Shown here piece by piece: positions 20,442 to 32,154 of a DNA stretch of 64,000 bases. The notes below the pieces were generated by a model, which did not search any database, had not been told where the DNA came from, and was given only the letters and a program-made list of their open reading frames with translations. Numbering within the stretch: position 1 is the stretch's first letter; every line of letters begins with the position of its first letter. Origin of the DNA: an uncultured Candidatus Hydrogenedens sp. (GTDB lineage Bacteria; Desulfobacterota_D; UBA1144); contig CACLTT010000006.1 in NCBI GenBank assembly GCA_902609885.1, forward strand, positions 6,802-70,801. The letters are read 5' to 3'. Position numbers and translations under genes: made by a program.

Positions 20442-21059
20442 TTATTTAGTCCTCGCTAATATAGTATCAACAGAATCTTTATTAATAAGGATTGAATTCG
20501 AATTCAATAAATCATAAACATTGAGACCTTCAGGACTCACAACTTTTACATTTAAAAGATTTCGTGATGATAGTTCTAGATTTATATTTTCTTCATTATT
20601 AACAATCAATATTTTCTTTCCTAGATTCATATTTTTTAATTTATTTGATAAATTTTTTGTTTTATTGTCTTTCAGTTCAAAAGAATCAATCAAATGAACG
20701 TTTTTTTCATTTAATTTATAGATTAAAGCATTATTAAGGGCTAATTTTTTAATTTTCTTAGGCACTGAAAATGACCAGTCTTTTGGAGATGGTCCAAAGA
20801 TTACTCCACCTCCTCTCCAAATCGGAGAAGTTCTAGTTCCTGCTCTAGCATTACCTGTTCCCTTTTGTTTAAAAGGTTTTTTACCACTTGCTTTAACCAT
20901 AGCTCTATTTTTTGTAGCAGCAGTTCCAGATCTTTTCTTTGCTAATTGCCATTTTACTACTTGGCTTATAGCGAACTTATTGATTTCTTTATTATTATCA
21001 ATATCAATAGAATGTTTTCCAACATTTTTATTTTCTAAATTAATTATTTCTAAATCCAT
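20442..21059 (-). CDS. rplD: 50S ribosomal protein L4
   Basis: 205 aa. Confidence 0.9.
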   Translation of the reverse strand: MDLEIINLENKNVGKHSIDIDNNKEINKFAISQVVKWQLAKKRSGTAATKNRAMVKASGKKPFKQKGTGNARAGTRTSPIWRGGGVIFGPSPKDWSFSVPKKIKKLALNNALIYKLNEKNVHLIDSFELKDNKTKNLSNKLKNMNLGKKILIVNNEENINLELSSRNLLNVKVVSPEGLNVYDLLNSNSILINKDSVDTILARTK

Positions 21060-21777
21060 TTCCTTTCCTTGTATGATTTACAAATACTAAAGATCCATTT
21101 GAGCCAGGTATTGATCCTTTAATAAATATGAGGTTTTTTTCAATATCAACTTTAAGTACTTCTAAACCTTGAATTGTAGATTTTTTTCCACCATATCTTC
21201 CAGCCATCTTTTGACCTTTCCATACCCTGCCTGGATATGCACATGCACCTATAGATCCTCCTGATCTTTGATTTTGAGGAGTACCATGGGTATGTCTAAG
21301 TCCAGCAAAATTATGACGTTTTATAACACCTGAAAAGCCTTTACCTTTAGAGTTAGCGGTAACATCAGCTATATCTCCTTCTTTAAAAATATCAGCTTTT
21401 ATTTCTGTGCCAGGCTTAATCTCAGTATCTTCTAAAAGATCAAACTCTTTTATATGCTTAACTGGTTTAACTTTTAATTTTGAAAAATAAGAAAGTTTAG
21501 GCTTATTTAATAATGTTGGTTTGATATCTTGAAAACCAACTTTCAGAGAAGTTTTTTTAGTTTTGAGGTTTTTTTCAAGTGCATAACAAGGCCCAAGTTG
21601 AACTAAAGTTGTAGGAACTACTCTGCCATCATCCATCAGGGAATGTGTCATACCAAGCTTTGTTCCCATTAAACCACTGAGTTTTATAGAAGAATTATTA
21701 TCTCCAGTCTGTTCTGTTTCTGTTAAATTATCGGAACTTATATCTTCAACAATATTTTCTGTTTTATCTTCTGACAT
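21040..21777 (-). CDS. rplC: 50S ribosomal protein L3 (with N-terminal acidic extension)
   Basis: 245 aa. The first ~35 aa form a low-complexity extension (MSEDKTENIVEDISSDNLTETEQTGDNNSSI) preceding the conserved L3 core. Confidence 0.9.
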   Translation of the reverse strand: MSEDKTENIVEDISSDNLTETEQTGDNNSSIKLSGLMGTKLGMTHSLMDDGRVVPTTLVQLGPCYALEKNLKTKKTSLKVGFQDIKPTLLNKPKLSYFSKLKVKPVKHIKEFDLLEDTEIKPGTEIKADIFKEGDIADVTANSKGKGFSGVIKRHNFAGLRHTHGTPQNQRSGGSIGACAYPGRVWKGQKMAGRYGGKKSTIQGLEVLKVDIEKNLIFIKGSIPGSNGSLVFVNHTRKGNGFRNN

Positions 21778-22098
21778 TTATACACCTTGTAGTTTAATCT
21801 CGACTTCAACACCAGATGCAAGATCTAGCTTCATCAACGAATCAATTGTTTGTTGAGTTGGTTCAAGAATATCAACAAGGCGCTTATGAGTCCTCATTTC
21901 GAAGTGCTCTCTAGAGTCCTTGTAAACGTGAGGTGCTCTAAGTACGCATGTTCTAGAAATGTCCGTCGGTAACGGAATAGGACCTGCAACCTTAGCTCCG
22001 GTTCTCTTGACCGTATCAACAATATCAAAAGTTGACTTGTCTAAAAGCTTATGATCAAATGATTTAAGCTTTATTCTTACTTTTGGCGCGGTTTCCAT
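21778..22098 (-). CDS. rpsJ: 30S ribosomal protein S10
   Basis: 106 aa, only 7 nt downstream of tuf. Confidence 0.93.
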   Translation of the reverse strand: METAPKVRIKLKSFDHKLLDKSTFDIVDTVKRTGAKVAGPIPLPTDISRTCVLRAPHVYKDSREHFEMRTHKRLVDILEPTQQTIDSLMKLDLASGVEVEIKLQGV

Positions 22099-22105
22099 AA
22101 TATTT

Positions 22106-23302
22106 TTACTTTCCTGTTATCTTACTGATAACACCAGCTCCTACTGTTCTTCCCCCTTCACGAATTGAAAACTTCAATCCATCAGCCATAGCAACTGGGC
22201 AAATTAAATCCACATTCATTTTAGTATTATCCCCTGGCATTACCATTTCAACATTCTCGCCTAACTCAATAGACCCTGTTACGTCAGTTGTTCTAAAATA
22301 AAATTGTGGTCTGTATCCTTTAAAAAAAGGAGTATGTCTACCACCTTCCTCTTTCTTTAAGACGTAAACTTCGGCCTCAAATTTCTGGTGGGGCTTAATT
22401 GATCCTGGAGCACATAATACTTGTCCTCTTTCAACCTGATCTTTTTCAATACCTCTTAGAAGAACACCTACGTTATCTCCTGCTTCAGCATAATCCAAAA
22501 GTTTTCTGAACATTTCAATTCCAGTAGCTGTAGTTTCAATAGTATCTTTAATTCCTACAATTTCGATTTTATCACCTACATTTAGCTTTCCTTGCTCAAC
22601 TCTTCCAGTTACAACTGTACCCCTACCTGATATAGAAAAAACATCTTCAATAGCTAAAGAAAAAGGCTTATCTACATCACGTGTTGGCTGAGGTATCCAC
22701 TCATCAACTTGAGTCATAAGTTCAAGTATTGCTTTCTCCCCTGTTTCCGCATCACTACCTTCTACAGCAGCAAGAGCAGAACCAGATACTATAGGAGTAT
22801 CATCTCCCTCAAATCCATATTCATTTAATAATTCTCTAACTTCTAATTCAACTAACTCTACAAGCTCTTTATCACCACCCAATTGATCAACTTTATTTAA
22901 AAAAATAACTAGTCTCGGCACACCTACTTGTCTAGCAAGAAGAATATGTTCTCTAGTCTGAGGCATTGGGCCATCAGTGGCACTAACAACTAAAATAGCA
23001 CCATCCATTTGTGCAGCACCTGTAATCATATTTTTTACATAGTCCGCGTGTCCAGGACAATCTACGTGAGCATAATGACGTTTTTCTGTTTCATATTCAA
23101 CATGAGCTGTGTTAATAGTAATACCTCTTTCTTTTTCTTCAGGAGCATTATCGATATCTTCATATGACATTGACTCTCCACCACCAGCTTTTGACAAAGT
23201 ATTTGTAATAGCAGCTGTAAGTGTTGTTTTACCATGGTCAACATGACCAATAGTTCCTATATTACAATGAGGTTTATTCCTCTCAAATTTTTCTTTAGAC
23301 AT
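22106..23302 (-). CDS. tuf: elongation factor Tu
   Basis: 398 aa, [22 protein letters not shown]. Confidence 0.97.
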   Translation of the reverse strand: MSKEKFERNKPHCNIGTIGHVDHGKTTLTAAITNTLSKAGGGESMSYEDIDNAPEEKERGITINTAHVEYETEKRHYAHVDCPGHADYVKNMITGAAQMDGAILVVSATDGPMPQTREHILLARQVGVPRLVIFLNKVDQLGGDKELVELVELEVRELLNEYGFEGDDTPIVSGSALAAVEGSDAETGEKAILELMTQVDEWIPQPTRDVDKPFSLAIEDVFSISGRGTVVTGRVEQGKLNVGDKIEIVGIKDTIETTATGIEMFRKLLDYAEAGDNVGVLLRGIEKDQVERGQVLCAPGSIKPHQKFEAEVYVLKKEEGGRHTPFFKGYRPQFYFRTTDVTGSIELGENVEMVMPGDNTKMNVDLICPVAMADGLKFSIREGGRTVGAGVISKITGK

Positions 23303-23329
23303 TTAAATATCCCTCCTATAAAACAAAAA

Positions 23330-25399
23330 TTATGCTTCTTTTAATTTCAACTGTTCATATATATTAGCTGGAACATCAGCATAAGTTGAAAACTCCATTG
23401 TAAATGTTGCACGACCTTCTGTCAAGGACCTTACATCTGTGGCATATCCGAACATTTCTGACAACGGAACCTCGCATTGTACACCTTGTAATTCTCCTCT
23501 TAATTCCGTTCCTTGAACCTTGCCTCTTCTTGAGCTTAAATCACCAATTACAGTTCCCATGAAATCTTCAGGACAAACAACCTCAACTTTCATCATTGGT
23601 TCTAAAACAACTGCTCCTGCTTTTTTTACAGCATCTTTAAATGCTAAAGAGCCTGCAATCTTAAAAGCCATTTCCGAAGAATCAACATCGTGAAACGATC
23701 CATCATACAAAGTAACTTTTACATCAACGACTTCATATCCAGCAACAACTCCAGAAGTCATAGCTTCCTGTATTCCTTTTTCGACAGCCGGTATGAATTC
23801 TCTAGGAATTGCTCCACCTTTGATCTCATTTACAAATTCAAATCCTCCACCAGTATCCATTGGCTCTATTCTAATTTTTACATGTCCATACTGACCTTTA
23901 CCACCGGTTTGTTTAATATATTTTTGTTCTGCTTCACTAGAACCTCTAATGGTTTCTCTATAGGCAACCTGGGGGGCGCCAACTTTTGCTTCAACATTAA
24001 ATTCTCTTTTTAATCTATCAACAATTATTTCTAAGTGAAGCTCTCCCATTCCAGAAATAATTGTCTGGTTTGTTTCATGATCAACCTTAACTTTGAAAGA
24101 TGGATCTTCTATTGATAACTTATTTAATGCCATACCAAGCTTTTCTTGGTCTGCCTTAGTCTCTGGCTCAATTGCAACAGAAATTACAGGATCTGGAAAA
24201 TTTAGACTTTCTAAAATAATTGGATTTCCTTTATCACATAAAGTTTCCCCAGTATAAGTGTCTTTCAAACCCACAGCAGCTGCAATATCACCTGCGCCTA
24301 CCGATGTGATTTCCTCTCTTTTATCAGCATGCATCTTTAATAACCTTCCTACCCTCTCAGAAGAATTTTTTAATGGATTAAAAACTTGTGTACCAGAATT
24401 CAATACACCTGAATAAACTCGTATGTATGTAATAGTACCAACAAAAGGGTCTGTCATAATTTTGAAGGCTAACGCAGATAAAGGTTCTTTATCATCAGCT
24501 TTCCTGCTCATTATTTCTTCTTCATTATCAGGAGATACTCCAGATACAGGAGGAATATCCAAAGGTGATGGAAGGTATCTGACAACAGCATCTAACAACA
24601 ACTGAACACCTTTATTTTTAAAGGCTGATCCACACAAGACCGGGACGATATTCAAGTCAATTGTTTGAACCCTGACGGCTTCTATAATTATATCTCGTTC
24701 TATTTCTTTTCCTTCTAAATAATCTTCCATTATGGACTCATTGTTATCTGATAATAATTCGAGCATATTATCTCTGGCTGCATTGGCTTCATCTAAGACA
24801 TCTCCGGGAATGTCTACTAACTCAAACTTTGCACCTAACGACTCTCCATCCCAAACAGCTAATTTCATTTCAATTAAATCAACAATGCCTTCAAAAATAT
24901 CATTTTTAAAATATGGAATATGTAGTCTTATAGGGTTCGAGCCAAGCCTTGATTTTATTTGATCAACTGTCCTTTGAAAATTAGCACCAGTTCTATCCAT
25001 TTTATTAACAAAACACATTCTGGGAACCTTATACCTATCAGCTTGTCTCCATACTGTTTCAGATTGTGGCTCAACACCACCCACACTATCAAAAACAACA
25101 CAGGCTCCATCTAAAACTTTAAGCGATCTTTCAACCTCGATAGTAAAATCTACGTGTCCAGGAGTATCAATAATATTAATGTCATGATTATCCCAACTAC
25201 AAGCAGTTGTAGCAGAAGTAATTGTGATTCCACGCTCTCTTTCTTGCTCCATCCAGTCCATTGTTGCAGCACCGTCATGTACTTCACCAATTTTATAACT
25301 TTTGCCTGTATAAAAAAGAATTCTTTCAGTGGTAGTTGTCTTACCAGCATCAATGTGTGCAACAATACCTATATTTCTAACCTTGTTTAAATCGTCCAT
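23330..25399 (-). CDS. fusA: elongation factor G
   Basis: 689 aa, [17 protein letters not shown], and EF-G domains IV and V. Confidence 0.97.
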   Translation of the reverse strand: MDDLNKVRNIGIVAHIDAGKTTTTERILFYTGKSYKIGEVHDGAATMDWMEQERERGITITSATTACSWDNHDINIIDTPGHVDFTIEVERSLKVLDGACVVFDSVGGVEPQSETVWRQADRYKVPRMCFVNKMDRTGANFQRTVDQIKSRLGSNPIRLHIPYFKNDIFEGIVDLIEMKLAVWDGESLGAKFELVDIPGDVLDEANAARDNMLELLSDNNESIMEDYLEGKEIERDIIIEAVRVQTIDLNIVPVLCGSAFKNKGVQLLLDAVVRYLPSPLDIPPVSGVSPDNEEEIMSRKADDKEPLSALAFKIMTDPFVGTITYIRVYSGVLNSGTQVFNPLKNSSERVGRLLKMHADKREEITSVGAGDIAAAVGLKDTYTGETLCDKGNPIILESLNFPDPVISVAIEPETKADQEKLGMALNKLSIEDPSFKVKVDHETNQTIISGMGELHLEIIVDRLKREFNVEAKVGAPQVAYRETIRGSSEAEQKYIKQTGGKGQYGHVKIRIEPMDTGGGFEFVNEIKGGAIPREFIPAVEKGIQEAMTSGVVAGYEVVDVKVTLYDGSFHDVDSSEMAFKIAGSLAFKDAVKKAGAVVLEPMMKVEVVCPEDFMGTVIGDLSSRRGKVQGTELRGELQGVQCEVPLSEMFGYATDVRSLTEGRATFTMEFSTYADVPANIYEQLKLKEA

Positions 25400-25408
25400 A
25401 TTACCAAC

Positions 25409-25882
<474 letters not shown>

Positions 25883-26260
25883 TTAACTAGCCTTAGGCTT
25901 CTTTGTACCATATTTAGATCTTGACTGTTTACGTCCGTCTACACCAGCAGTATCGAGCGAACCTCTAACTATGTGGTATCTAACACCTGGTAAGTCTTTA
26001 ACTCTTCCACCCCTAATTAAAACAACTGAATGTTCTTGAAGTTTGTGTCCTTCACCAGGAATATAACCTGTAACCTCAAAACCATTTGTAAGCCTAATTC
26101 TAGCAACTTTTCTTAAAGCAGAGTTAGGTTTCTTTGGAGTAGTAGTATAAACACGAGTACAGACTCCTCTTTTTTGTGGATTCTTTTCCATAGCTCTTGA
26201 TTTACTTTTCTTCTTCTCAACAGAGCGTGGATTTTTAATTAATTGACTTATTGTTGGCAT
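25883..26260 (-). CDS. rpsL: 30S ribosomal protein S12
   Basis: The track ORF starts at 26296, but conserved S12 begins at the internal [10 protein letters not shown]. Start trimmed to the second Met at 26260, giving 125 aa. Confidence 0.9.
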   Translation of the reverse strand: MPTISQLIKNPRSVEKKKSKSRAMEKNPQKRGVCTRVYTTTPKKPNSALRKVARIRLTNGFEVTGYIPGEGHKLQEHSVVLIRGGRVKDLPGVRYHIVRGSLDTAGVDGRKQSRSKYGTKKPKAS

Positions 26261-26313
26261 AAAAACCTCATATTTAATGCTTGAAATATGCCACACTTTT
26301 AATCTATGTCAAG

Positions 26314-27594
26314 CTATTTACCTTTTTTTAAAAGGCCTTTAACTCCAATGTCATTTCTATACTGTAAATTTTTAGTTTCAATCTTATTTATGCATTCATA
26401 TGTCTTATTTATTGCGGCTTCTAGAGTATCTCCAAGAGCAGTAACATTTAAAACTCTGCCCCCCGATATGATAATTTTATTTCCATCTAACTTTGTTCCA
26501 GCATGAAAAATATATTCATCAGTTGAAAGATCAATTTCTTTAAGATTTCTTATTTCATCTCCTGTTATTGGGCTAGCGGGATATCCTTTTGATGCCAATA
26601 CAACTGAAACAGCTGTTTTACTTTTCCATTCTAGTTGATAATCATTAATTTTATTCAGAGCCGTAAAATAAAAAAGATCAAAGATATCAGAATTAATTCT
26701 AAAAAGTAATGGTTGAGTTTCAGGGTCACCAAATCTACAATTAAATTCTACAACAGAGGGTTTTTTATTGTCTATCATTAAACCTATATATAAAATTCCC
26801 GTATATTCAAAATTTTCTTTTTTAAATCCTTCAAAGACTGGGTAAACAATTTCATTTAAAATATTCTGTCTAGTAATTTGATCTATTATTGGCGCCGGTG
26901 AATATGCACCCATTCCACCCGTATTAGGTCCTTTATCTCCATCCATTAGCCTTTTATGATCTTGAGAAGAATCCAAAGTCAATATATTTTTACCATCAGA
27001 AAAAACAAAAAAAGATGCTTCTTCTCCTTTTAGAAAACTCTCAATAACAACTTTATCCCCAGAAGTTGAAAAAACTTTATCTTGCATAACCTCTTTTAAA
27101 AAAGAAAAAGCTTCATCTTTTGAGAAACAGACCTTAACACCTTTTCCTGATGCTAATCCATCGGCTTTAATAACTATTGGAATTGAGGAATTGTCTAAAT
27201 AATTTCTTGCGCTCTCGTAGTTAGTAAATGATTCAAATGTAGCAGTTGGGATATTATTTCTTTTCATAAATAATTTAGAAAACTCTTTACTCGATTCAAG
27301 CTGAGATGCATATTTAGAGGGTCCAAATACTAGCAAATTATTTTCACGAAATAGATCTACTATTCCAAGTGATAATGGTTGTTCTGGTCCTACAATTGTA
27401 AAATCAATATTTTCTTTTTTTGCAAAATTAACCAGCCCCTCAAGATTATCAGTTTTAATATTAACGATTTCTGCAATATTAGAGATACCTGCATTTCCTG
27501 GTGCACAATAGATTTTATCTATTTTTTTACTATTGGATATACCCCAACAAATCGCATGCTCTCTTCCCCCTGAGCCAATTACTAAAACTTTCAA
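26314..27594 (-). CDS. purD: phosphoribosylamine--glycine ligase
   Basis: 426 aa, MKVLVIGSGGREHA and an ATP-grasp fold. Confidence 0.9.
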   Translation of the reverse strand: MKVLVIGSGGREHAICWGISNSKKIDKIYCAPGNAGISNIAEIVNIKTDNLEGLVNFAKKENIDFTIVGPEQPLSLGIVDLFRENNLLVFGPSKYASQLESSKEFSKLFMKRNNIPTATFESFTNYESARNYLDNSSIPIVIKADGLASGKGVKVCFSKDEAFSFLKEVMQDKVFSTSGDKVVIESFLKGEEASFFVFSDGKNILTLDSSQDHKRLMDGDKGPNTGGMGAYSPAPIIDQITRQNILNEIVYPVFEGFKKENFEYTGILYIGLMIDNKKPSVVEFNCRFGDPETQPLLFRINSDIFDLFYFTALNKINDYQLEWKSKTAVSVVLASKGYPASPITGDEIRNLKEIDLSTDEYIFHAGTKLDGNKIIISGGRVLNVTALGDTLEAAINKTYECINKIETKNLQYRNDIGVKGLLKKGK

Positions 27595-27597
27595 AAT

Positions 27598-27906
27598 TCA
27601 CTCCTTAATCTTAATTGTAATTTCATTTTCAAATTCTGGGAAATAATTATTAATGATACTTAATTCAAAAGCAGGCAGTATAGACGTATTAGGCTCTCTT
27701 TTTAATAAAAATTCAAAACTTAGTTCAATCAATTTTAATTTACTAATCTTTTTATTTGTCATTTTTTTATAAATATTATCGTCAAGATTTACTTTATGTG
27801 AAGTGGTAGTCCTATTTAAGACTTTAACTTCAAAATTATCATTATCTATTTTCTTAATATCAATTTTCAACTTATATTTTTTCCCTAGGTCTAAAATAAA
27901 AATCAA
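27598..27906 (-). CDS. hypothetical protein (102 aa, Lys-rich, no recognisable family)
   Basis: Clean ORF between purD and blh, overlapping the blh stop by 35 nt. Coding status is uncertain. Confidence 0.4.
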   Translation of the reverse strand: MIFILDLGKKYKLKIDIKKIDNDNFEVKVLNRTTTSHKVNLDDNIYKKMTNKKISKLKLIELSFEFLLKREPNTSILPAFELSIINNYFPEFENEITIKIKE

Positions 27907-28672
27907 TTAGAATCATATGTGGAACAGTCAATGCGGCAAGGCCAATAAATATAATTCTATAAATCAACTCTAAATCACCATAAGTATCCCGAAATAAATT
28001 GAATATAATAATTCCGATTGTCCAGCTAGTAAAAGTAAAAAGGCTAAATAGTTTTATTATTTTGGATCTCGAAATTCTTTTTTTTAATGAAGGGATAATT
28101 CTCATAAAATGATTAATTGTATGTATAAAACAAAAATAAATGGCAAAAGCTAATAAGGGATGAAGGAATAAAACTGATAAAATAATCAAAAATAATCTTA
28201 GAATATCAATTGTAGAAAGTTTTTCTAAATTTATAAATAGCCATGGTAAAAAACTTACCAATATTAACGAACCAATATTTATAAATAACCAGACAAAGTT
28301 GGTTTCAAATGATAATGACTTGAAAATAATATCAACTTGTATAGGACTTGTGATGCTAATTCCGAAAATAATGAGTCCTCCATTAATAAAACCTAATATA
28401 TATTTCTCTTTTTTATCACTCCAATTGTAGTCTCCAAGCCCGAAATGAAATATACTAATTAGTAGAAATAAAATTAAACTGATCTGTGGAAAATTAATCC
28501 ATAGAATTGTAACAAATATAGCTAATCCAATATAAATAAGAAAAAAATAAAATTTACTAAAAAAATCATTTTTTATATCTAGGCATATGCTTACAGCACC
28601 ATCTAAAGCACCATGAGGTAATCCAATTAAAATTATCATTAGAAGTGAGACTAAGGTAACAGTATCAATCAT
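27872..28672 (-). CDS. blh: beta-carotene 15,15'-dioxygenase (Brp/Blh family; retinal synthesis)
   Basis: 266 aa polytopic membrane protein. GLPHGALDG matches the Brp/Blh family signature, and the gene is adjacent to crtY. Confidence 0.8.
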   Translation of the reverse strand: MIDTVTLVSLLMIILIGLPHGALDGAVSICLDIKNDFFSKFYFFLIYIGLAIFVTILWINFPQISLILFLLISIFHFGLGDYNWSDKKEKYILGFINGGLIIFGISITSPIQVDIIFKSLSFETNFVWLFINIGSLILVSFLPWLFINLEKLSTIDILRLFLIILSVLFLHPLLAFAIYFCFIHTINHFMRIIPSLKKRISRSKIIKLFSLFTFTSWTIGIIIFNLFRDTYGDLELIYRIIFIGLAALTVPHMILIDFYFRPREKI

Positions 28673-29777
28673 TAAAGACGCACCTTATAAAAGATTTAAT
28701 AAATATTTTTGTTGGCAAGTTGAATATCATTTTTAATATTGGAATAATTCTTATTTTACTAGACATAAAAAAAGCCATATCATCGCCATTAAAAGACTTC
28801 CCAAAAGATTGAAATATTTGTGGAGCTTTCGAAGGATTAGATTTTAAAACATCAATAAAAATTCTATCCAAAAGATTAATTAATTTTGAATGAATTTTAG
28901 AATTATTTATTTTATGAGGTAAATTAATTTTTCTACATAGGTTTTTAACTTGTTTTTGAATAAAATAAAATGTATATCCCGACGAAATTCTATTTGCATT
29001 CCCTTTAAGTCCTAAATTTATAACGTTTGGAATATAATCATTTTTGAAAGAGGCTAAAGGGATAGCGCCTTTTTCTTCACTAATTATTTTAAATTTATTA
29101 ACTTTATATATTTCCCTTAAATATTTTTCCATGCTTTTATAATAGAATTCATCACTTTCAATTCTGTAAGAATAAATAGTAGGTTCAATTAAAGCCATTT
29201 TTTTAGTAATGGGCAGTAAATAGATAAACTGAATGCCATTAGATTGATCACATCTAAAATCCATTAATACAGCAGTAGAGTCATCAAAAATTTCATTTTC
29301 AGTTTCAATAATGAATCCTTTAAAATGTTGCAAATATGTATCAGTAGAAATTTGAAATGAACGACAGTCTATTATTATATCTGAATTTATTTTTTCTGAA
29401 TCTTTTCTGTAAAAAAAGTTGTTTTTATAACTTATATCTTCATCAAAAAAACTAACATTCTCATCATTAATATTATTTTTGCAAAATTGAATCCAATCAT
29501 TTCTTGAAGTTACGCAATATGGGTGATTATTTGATTGAAATAGAGTTTCATTTTCTTGATCAATAATCTTCCATTTTTCCCATTTATATTTTATTACATT
29601 TTCTAAATCATTAATATCCTCAAAACTCCAAAAACCCCAAAAATTATTATTTGATTTTTTTGAGCCTAAATAAAAATCTATAATATTTTTTCTGCATTTT
29701 GACAATTCCTTCACTATTGAATATCCTGCGCAACCACCTCCAAGGACGGATATGTTTCTATTATATTTAGTTTTCAT
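28665..29777 (-). CDS. crtY: lycopene beta-cyclase
   Basis: 370 aa with an N-terminal FAD/NAD dinucleotide motif (VLGGGCAG). 8-nt overlap with blh and 4-nt overlap with crtB. Confidence 0.75.
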   Translation of the reverse strand: MKTKYNRNISVLGGGCAGYSIVKELSKCRKNIIDFYLGSKKSNNNFWGFWSFEDINDLENVIKYKWEKWKIIDQENETLFQSNNHPYCVTSRNDWIQFCKNNINDENVSFFDEDISYKNNFFYRKDSEKINSDIIIDCRSFQISTDTYLQHFKGFIIETENEIFDDSTAVLMDFRCDQSNGIQFIYLLPITKKMALIEPTIYSYRIESDEFYYKSMEKYLREIYKVNKFKIISEEKGAIPLASFKNDYIPNVINLGLKGNANRISSGYTFYFIQKQVKNLCRKINLPHKINNSKIHSKLINLLDRIFIDVLKSNPSKAPQIFQSFGKSFNGDDMAFFMSSKIRIIPILKMIFNLPTKIFIKSFIRCVFND

Positions 29778-30637
29778 TTTAATAATATTTGAAACGATTC
29801 AAAAAATATTGTTTTAACTGTAATAATAAACTTTTTATAATTAGGTACAAAATATCTTTTATCTGACCAATTATAATTATTTTTTTTTATCAGTACTCCA
29901 ATCTCCCTATAAATATTTGCAGCAACAGATATACAAACTCTTGATCTGAAAGGAAGATAATGATAACCATTTTTGGCTCTATCATAATATCTATCGGCTA
30001 GAATAAGTATACTTCTAATTGTATCTTTTATAATCAAATAACTCTTTTCATCTTTTTCTATGAAAATGTTTTTAATTTTTTTTGAATCAATATCTTCACA
30101 TATATCTGATGGTAAATATTTTCTATTAGAGCATGCGTCCTCAAATACATCTCGAGATATATTGGTTAACTGCATTGCAATACCCAAATCAGCAGCATAG
30201 CTTTTTGCCTTATCATTATTAACTCCCAAAATAGGACACATCATAATTCCTACTGTTCCCGCGACTTTATAACAATAATTTATTAATTCATCAGTATTTT
30301 TAATTTGAATATTACTTTTCTGATCGAATATTAAACCATCAATAAAAGTTAAAAATACTTTCTTTGCATTGATATCAGATTTTAATGAGTTTATAAAGAT
30401 AATATGTTTATCCATTCTCATATCGATAAACTCAGAAACTTCGTTTTCTAAATATTTCTTTATATCTTCAAATATATTTTTTTCATTTTTTTCGTTATCT
30501 GCGATATCATCTAAATCACGCAAAATATAATAGAGTTCTGAAATATCATTGAATTTATTTTTATCTATTAACTTGGAAGCCCAATAGAAGGTCTTTCCGT
30601 TTTCTTTTAGTGATTCAGTTTTATTATTTAACTCCAT
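29774..30637 (-). CDS. crtB: phytoene synthase
   Basis: 287 aa, YCYKVAGTVG (YxxxVAGxVG), the Asp-rich DDIAD, and DVFEDACSNRKYLP. Confidence 0.85.
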   Translation of the reverse strand: MELNNKTESLKENGKTFYWASKLIDKNKFNDISELYYILRDLDDIADNEKNEKNIFEDIKKYLENEVSEFIDMRMDKHIIFINSLKSDINAKKVFLTFIDGLIFDQKSNIQIKNTDELINYCYKVAGTVGIMMCPILGVNNDKAKSYAADLGIAMQLTNISRDVFEDACSNRKYLPSDICEDIDSKKIKNIFIEKDEKSYLIIKDTIRSILILADRYYDRAKNGYHYLPFRSRVCISVAANIYREIGVLIKKNNYNWSDKRYFVPNYKKFIITVKTIFFESFQILLK

Positions 30638-32114
30638 ATCTCTTCTTTAATATATTTTCTACAACTTTAGCTGAGGATAAGACACCTGGTAGACCTGCAC
30701 CGGGATGAGACCCCGCAGCTGAAAAAAATATATTAGAAATATTATCATCTTCGTTATGATATCGAAACCATGCCGATTGTGTAAATTTTGGGGCAATAGA
30801 AAATCCTGCTCCATACATTGACCTATAATTATTTTCAAAATCTTTTGGAGTCATATAAGAAATATCCTCAATATGATTGGTCAAATTTGGCATTATAGTT
30901 TTTTCTAACTCAGTAATTATTTGATCTTTTAATTTTTCTCCATGAACTGCCCAGTCAATATTATTTTTTAAATTCGGAACAGGGCAAAGAACATAAAAAC
31001 TATCATGTCCATCTGGCGCAAAAGATTTGTCTGTAGCAGTAGGCCTATGAAGATATAAGGAAAAATCTTTAGTTATTATCCTTTTCTCAAAAATATCATG
31101 CAATAGATCTTTAAAGCGTTCAGTTAACCATATAGTATGGTGTGCGATTTTTTCATATTTAGTTTTAGTTCCAAAAAAAAGAACAAATAGTCCCATAGAA
31201 TATGATAGAGACTTTGCAGGAAAAATAGGATTAAGAAAATTTCTTAAAGCTGGTTTAAGAATTTCTTTATAAAAAACAGGTGGATCGCCATTAAAAACTA
31301 AATTATCAAATTTATATTCCTTCCCACATTCAGTGATTGCTTTATAAGCAAAGGAATCTTTATGCTCAACTGATTTTAAATTTTTATTCATTTCTATATT
31401 AATATCGTTTCTTCTCATAAGATTAGTCAGCTCTTCTACTAATTTTCCAGTTCCACCCATACAGAAAAATACACCCCATTTTCTTTCAAGGAAATGAATT
31501 AATGAGTAAATTGATGTTGTCGTATAGGGATTACCTCCAACCAACAATGGATGAATAGAAAATGCTGATCTTATATTTTTATTTTTAATGTGTCTTGATA
31601 CCATCTTGGAGACGCTTTGATAACTTTTAAGTTTTAACAAATAAGGTATTTGCTTAATCATTGTCCAAAATGATGAAAACGATTGGTCAGAAAGTTTTGT
31701 AAAGCCAATATTAAATATTTTTTCTGACTCCTTTAATAAATTATCATATGATTCTGCATCTTCTGGAGAAAATTTTGATATCTCTTTTTTAGTTTTCTCA
31801 ACAGTTGATGAATAATCAAAAGTTGTTGAATCATGAAAATGAAATCTATACCAAGGATCTAAGGGTTTAAATTCTAAATGGTCACTGAGTTTTTCATTAA
31901 ATAAATTAAATAATTCCTCAAATAAGAAAGGTGCAGTTATGACTGTTGGACCTGTATCATATTTATATCCATTTCTTTCAATAACCTGTGCTCTTCCACC
32001 GAGTTTAGATAATTTGTCAATTATAGTTACATTATGGCCCATAGCTTTGCACCTCAATGCAGCAGCAATTCCACCAAATCCACCACCTACGACAAGAGTT
32101 TTGACACTATTCAT
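30624..32114 (-). CDS. crtI: phytoene desaturase
   Basis: 496 aa, VVGGGFGGIAAALR FAD motif and the CrtI family C-terminus. Confidence 0.85.
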   Translation of the reverse strand: MNSVKTLVVGGGFGGIAAALRCKAMGHNVTIIDKLSKLGGRAQVIERNGYKYDTGPTVITAPFLFEELFNLFNEKLSDHLEFKPLDPWYRFHFHDSTTFDYSSTVEKTKKEISKFSPEDAESYDNLLKESEKIFNIGFTKLSDQSFSSFWTMIKQIPYLLKLKSYQSVSKMVSRHIKNKNIRSAFSIHPLLVGGNPYTTTSIYSLIHFLERKWGVFFCMGGTGKLVEELTNLMRRNDINIEMNKNLKSVEHKDSFAYKAITECGKEYKFDNLVFNGDPPVFYKEILKPALRNFLNPIFPAKSLSYSMGLFVLFFGTKTKYEKIAHHTIWLTERFKDLLHDIFEKRIITKDFSLYLHRPTATDKSFAPDGHDSFYVLCPVPNLKNNIDWAVHGEKLKDQIITELEKTIMPNLTNHIEDISYMTPKDFENNYRSMYGAGFSIAPKFTQSAWFRYHNEDDNISNIFFSAAGSHPGAGLPGVLSSAKVVENILKKRYGVK

Positions 32115-32127
32115 TTAATTAAAGGTA

Positions 32128-32154
32128 AGGGCTTATACAGTAAGTACAAGCCCC
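32128..32154 (-). terminator. candidate intrinsic terminator hairpin downstream of the proteorhodopsin stop
   Basis: ggggcttatac (32128-32138) pairs with gtacaagcccc (32144-32154), giving an 11-bp stem with one G·U. The loop is 5 nt. On the minus-strand transcript a U/A-rich tract follows (UUACCUUUAAUUAAAU). It sits between the PR stop at 32163 and the crtI start at 32114. Confidence 0.5.

Noticed and set aside
9271-21000. Antisense ORFs over ribosomal protein genes (9271..9486, 10160..10369, 10893..11144, 14987..15187, 16354..16557, 17575..17799, 18134..18367, 19413..19598)
   Set aside because: They overlap well-supported ribosomal, map and related genes on the opposite strand, and their Ser/Leu/Phe-rich translations are compositional artefacts.
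23062-25390. Small ORFs inside or antisense to tuf and fusA (23062..23250, 23690..24013, 24423..24605, 24732..24962, 25150..25365, 25154..25390)
   Set aside because: All lie within the highly conserved EF-Tu/EF-G coding sequences and have low-complexity translations typical of off-frame reads.
25883-26296. N-terminal 12-aa extension of S12 ([12 protein letters not shown]) and 13-aa extension of L33 (MLLLIKLRGRLIV)
   Set aside because: The conserved proteins begin at internal Met codons ([18 protein letters not shown]). The upstream in-frame ATGs are most likely not used.
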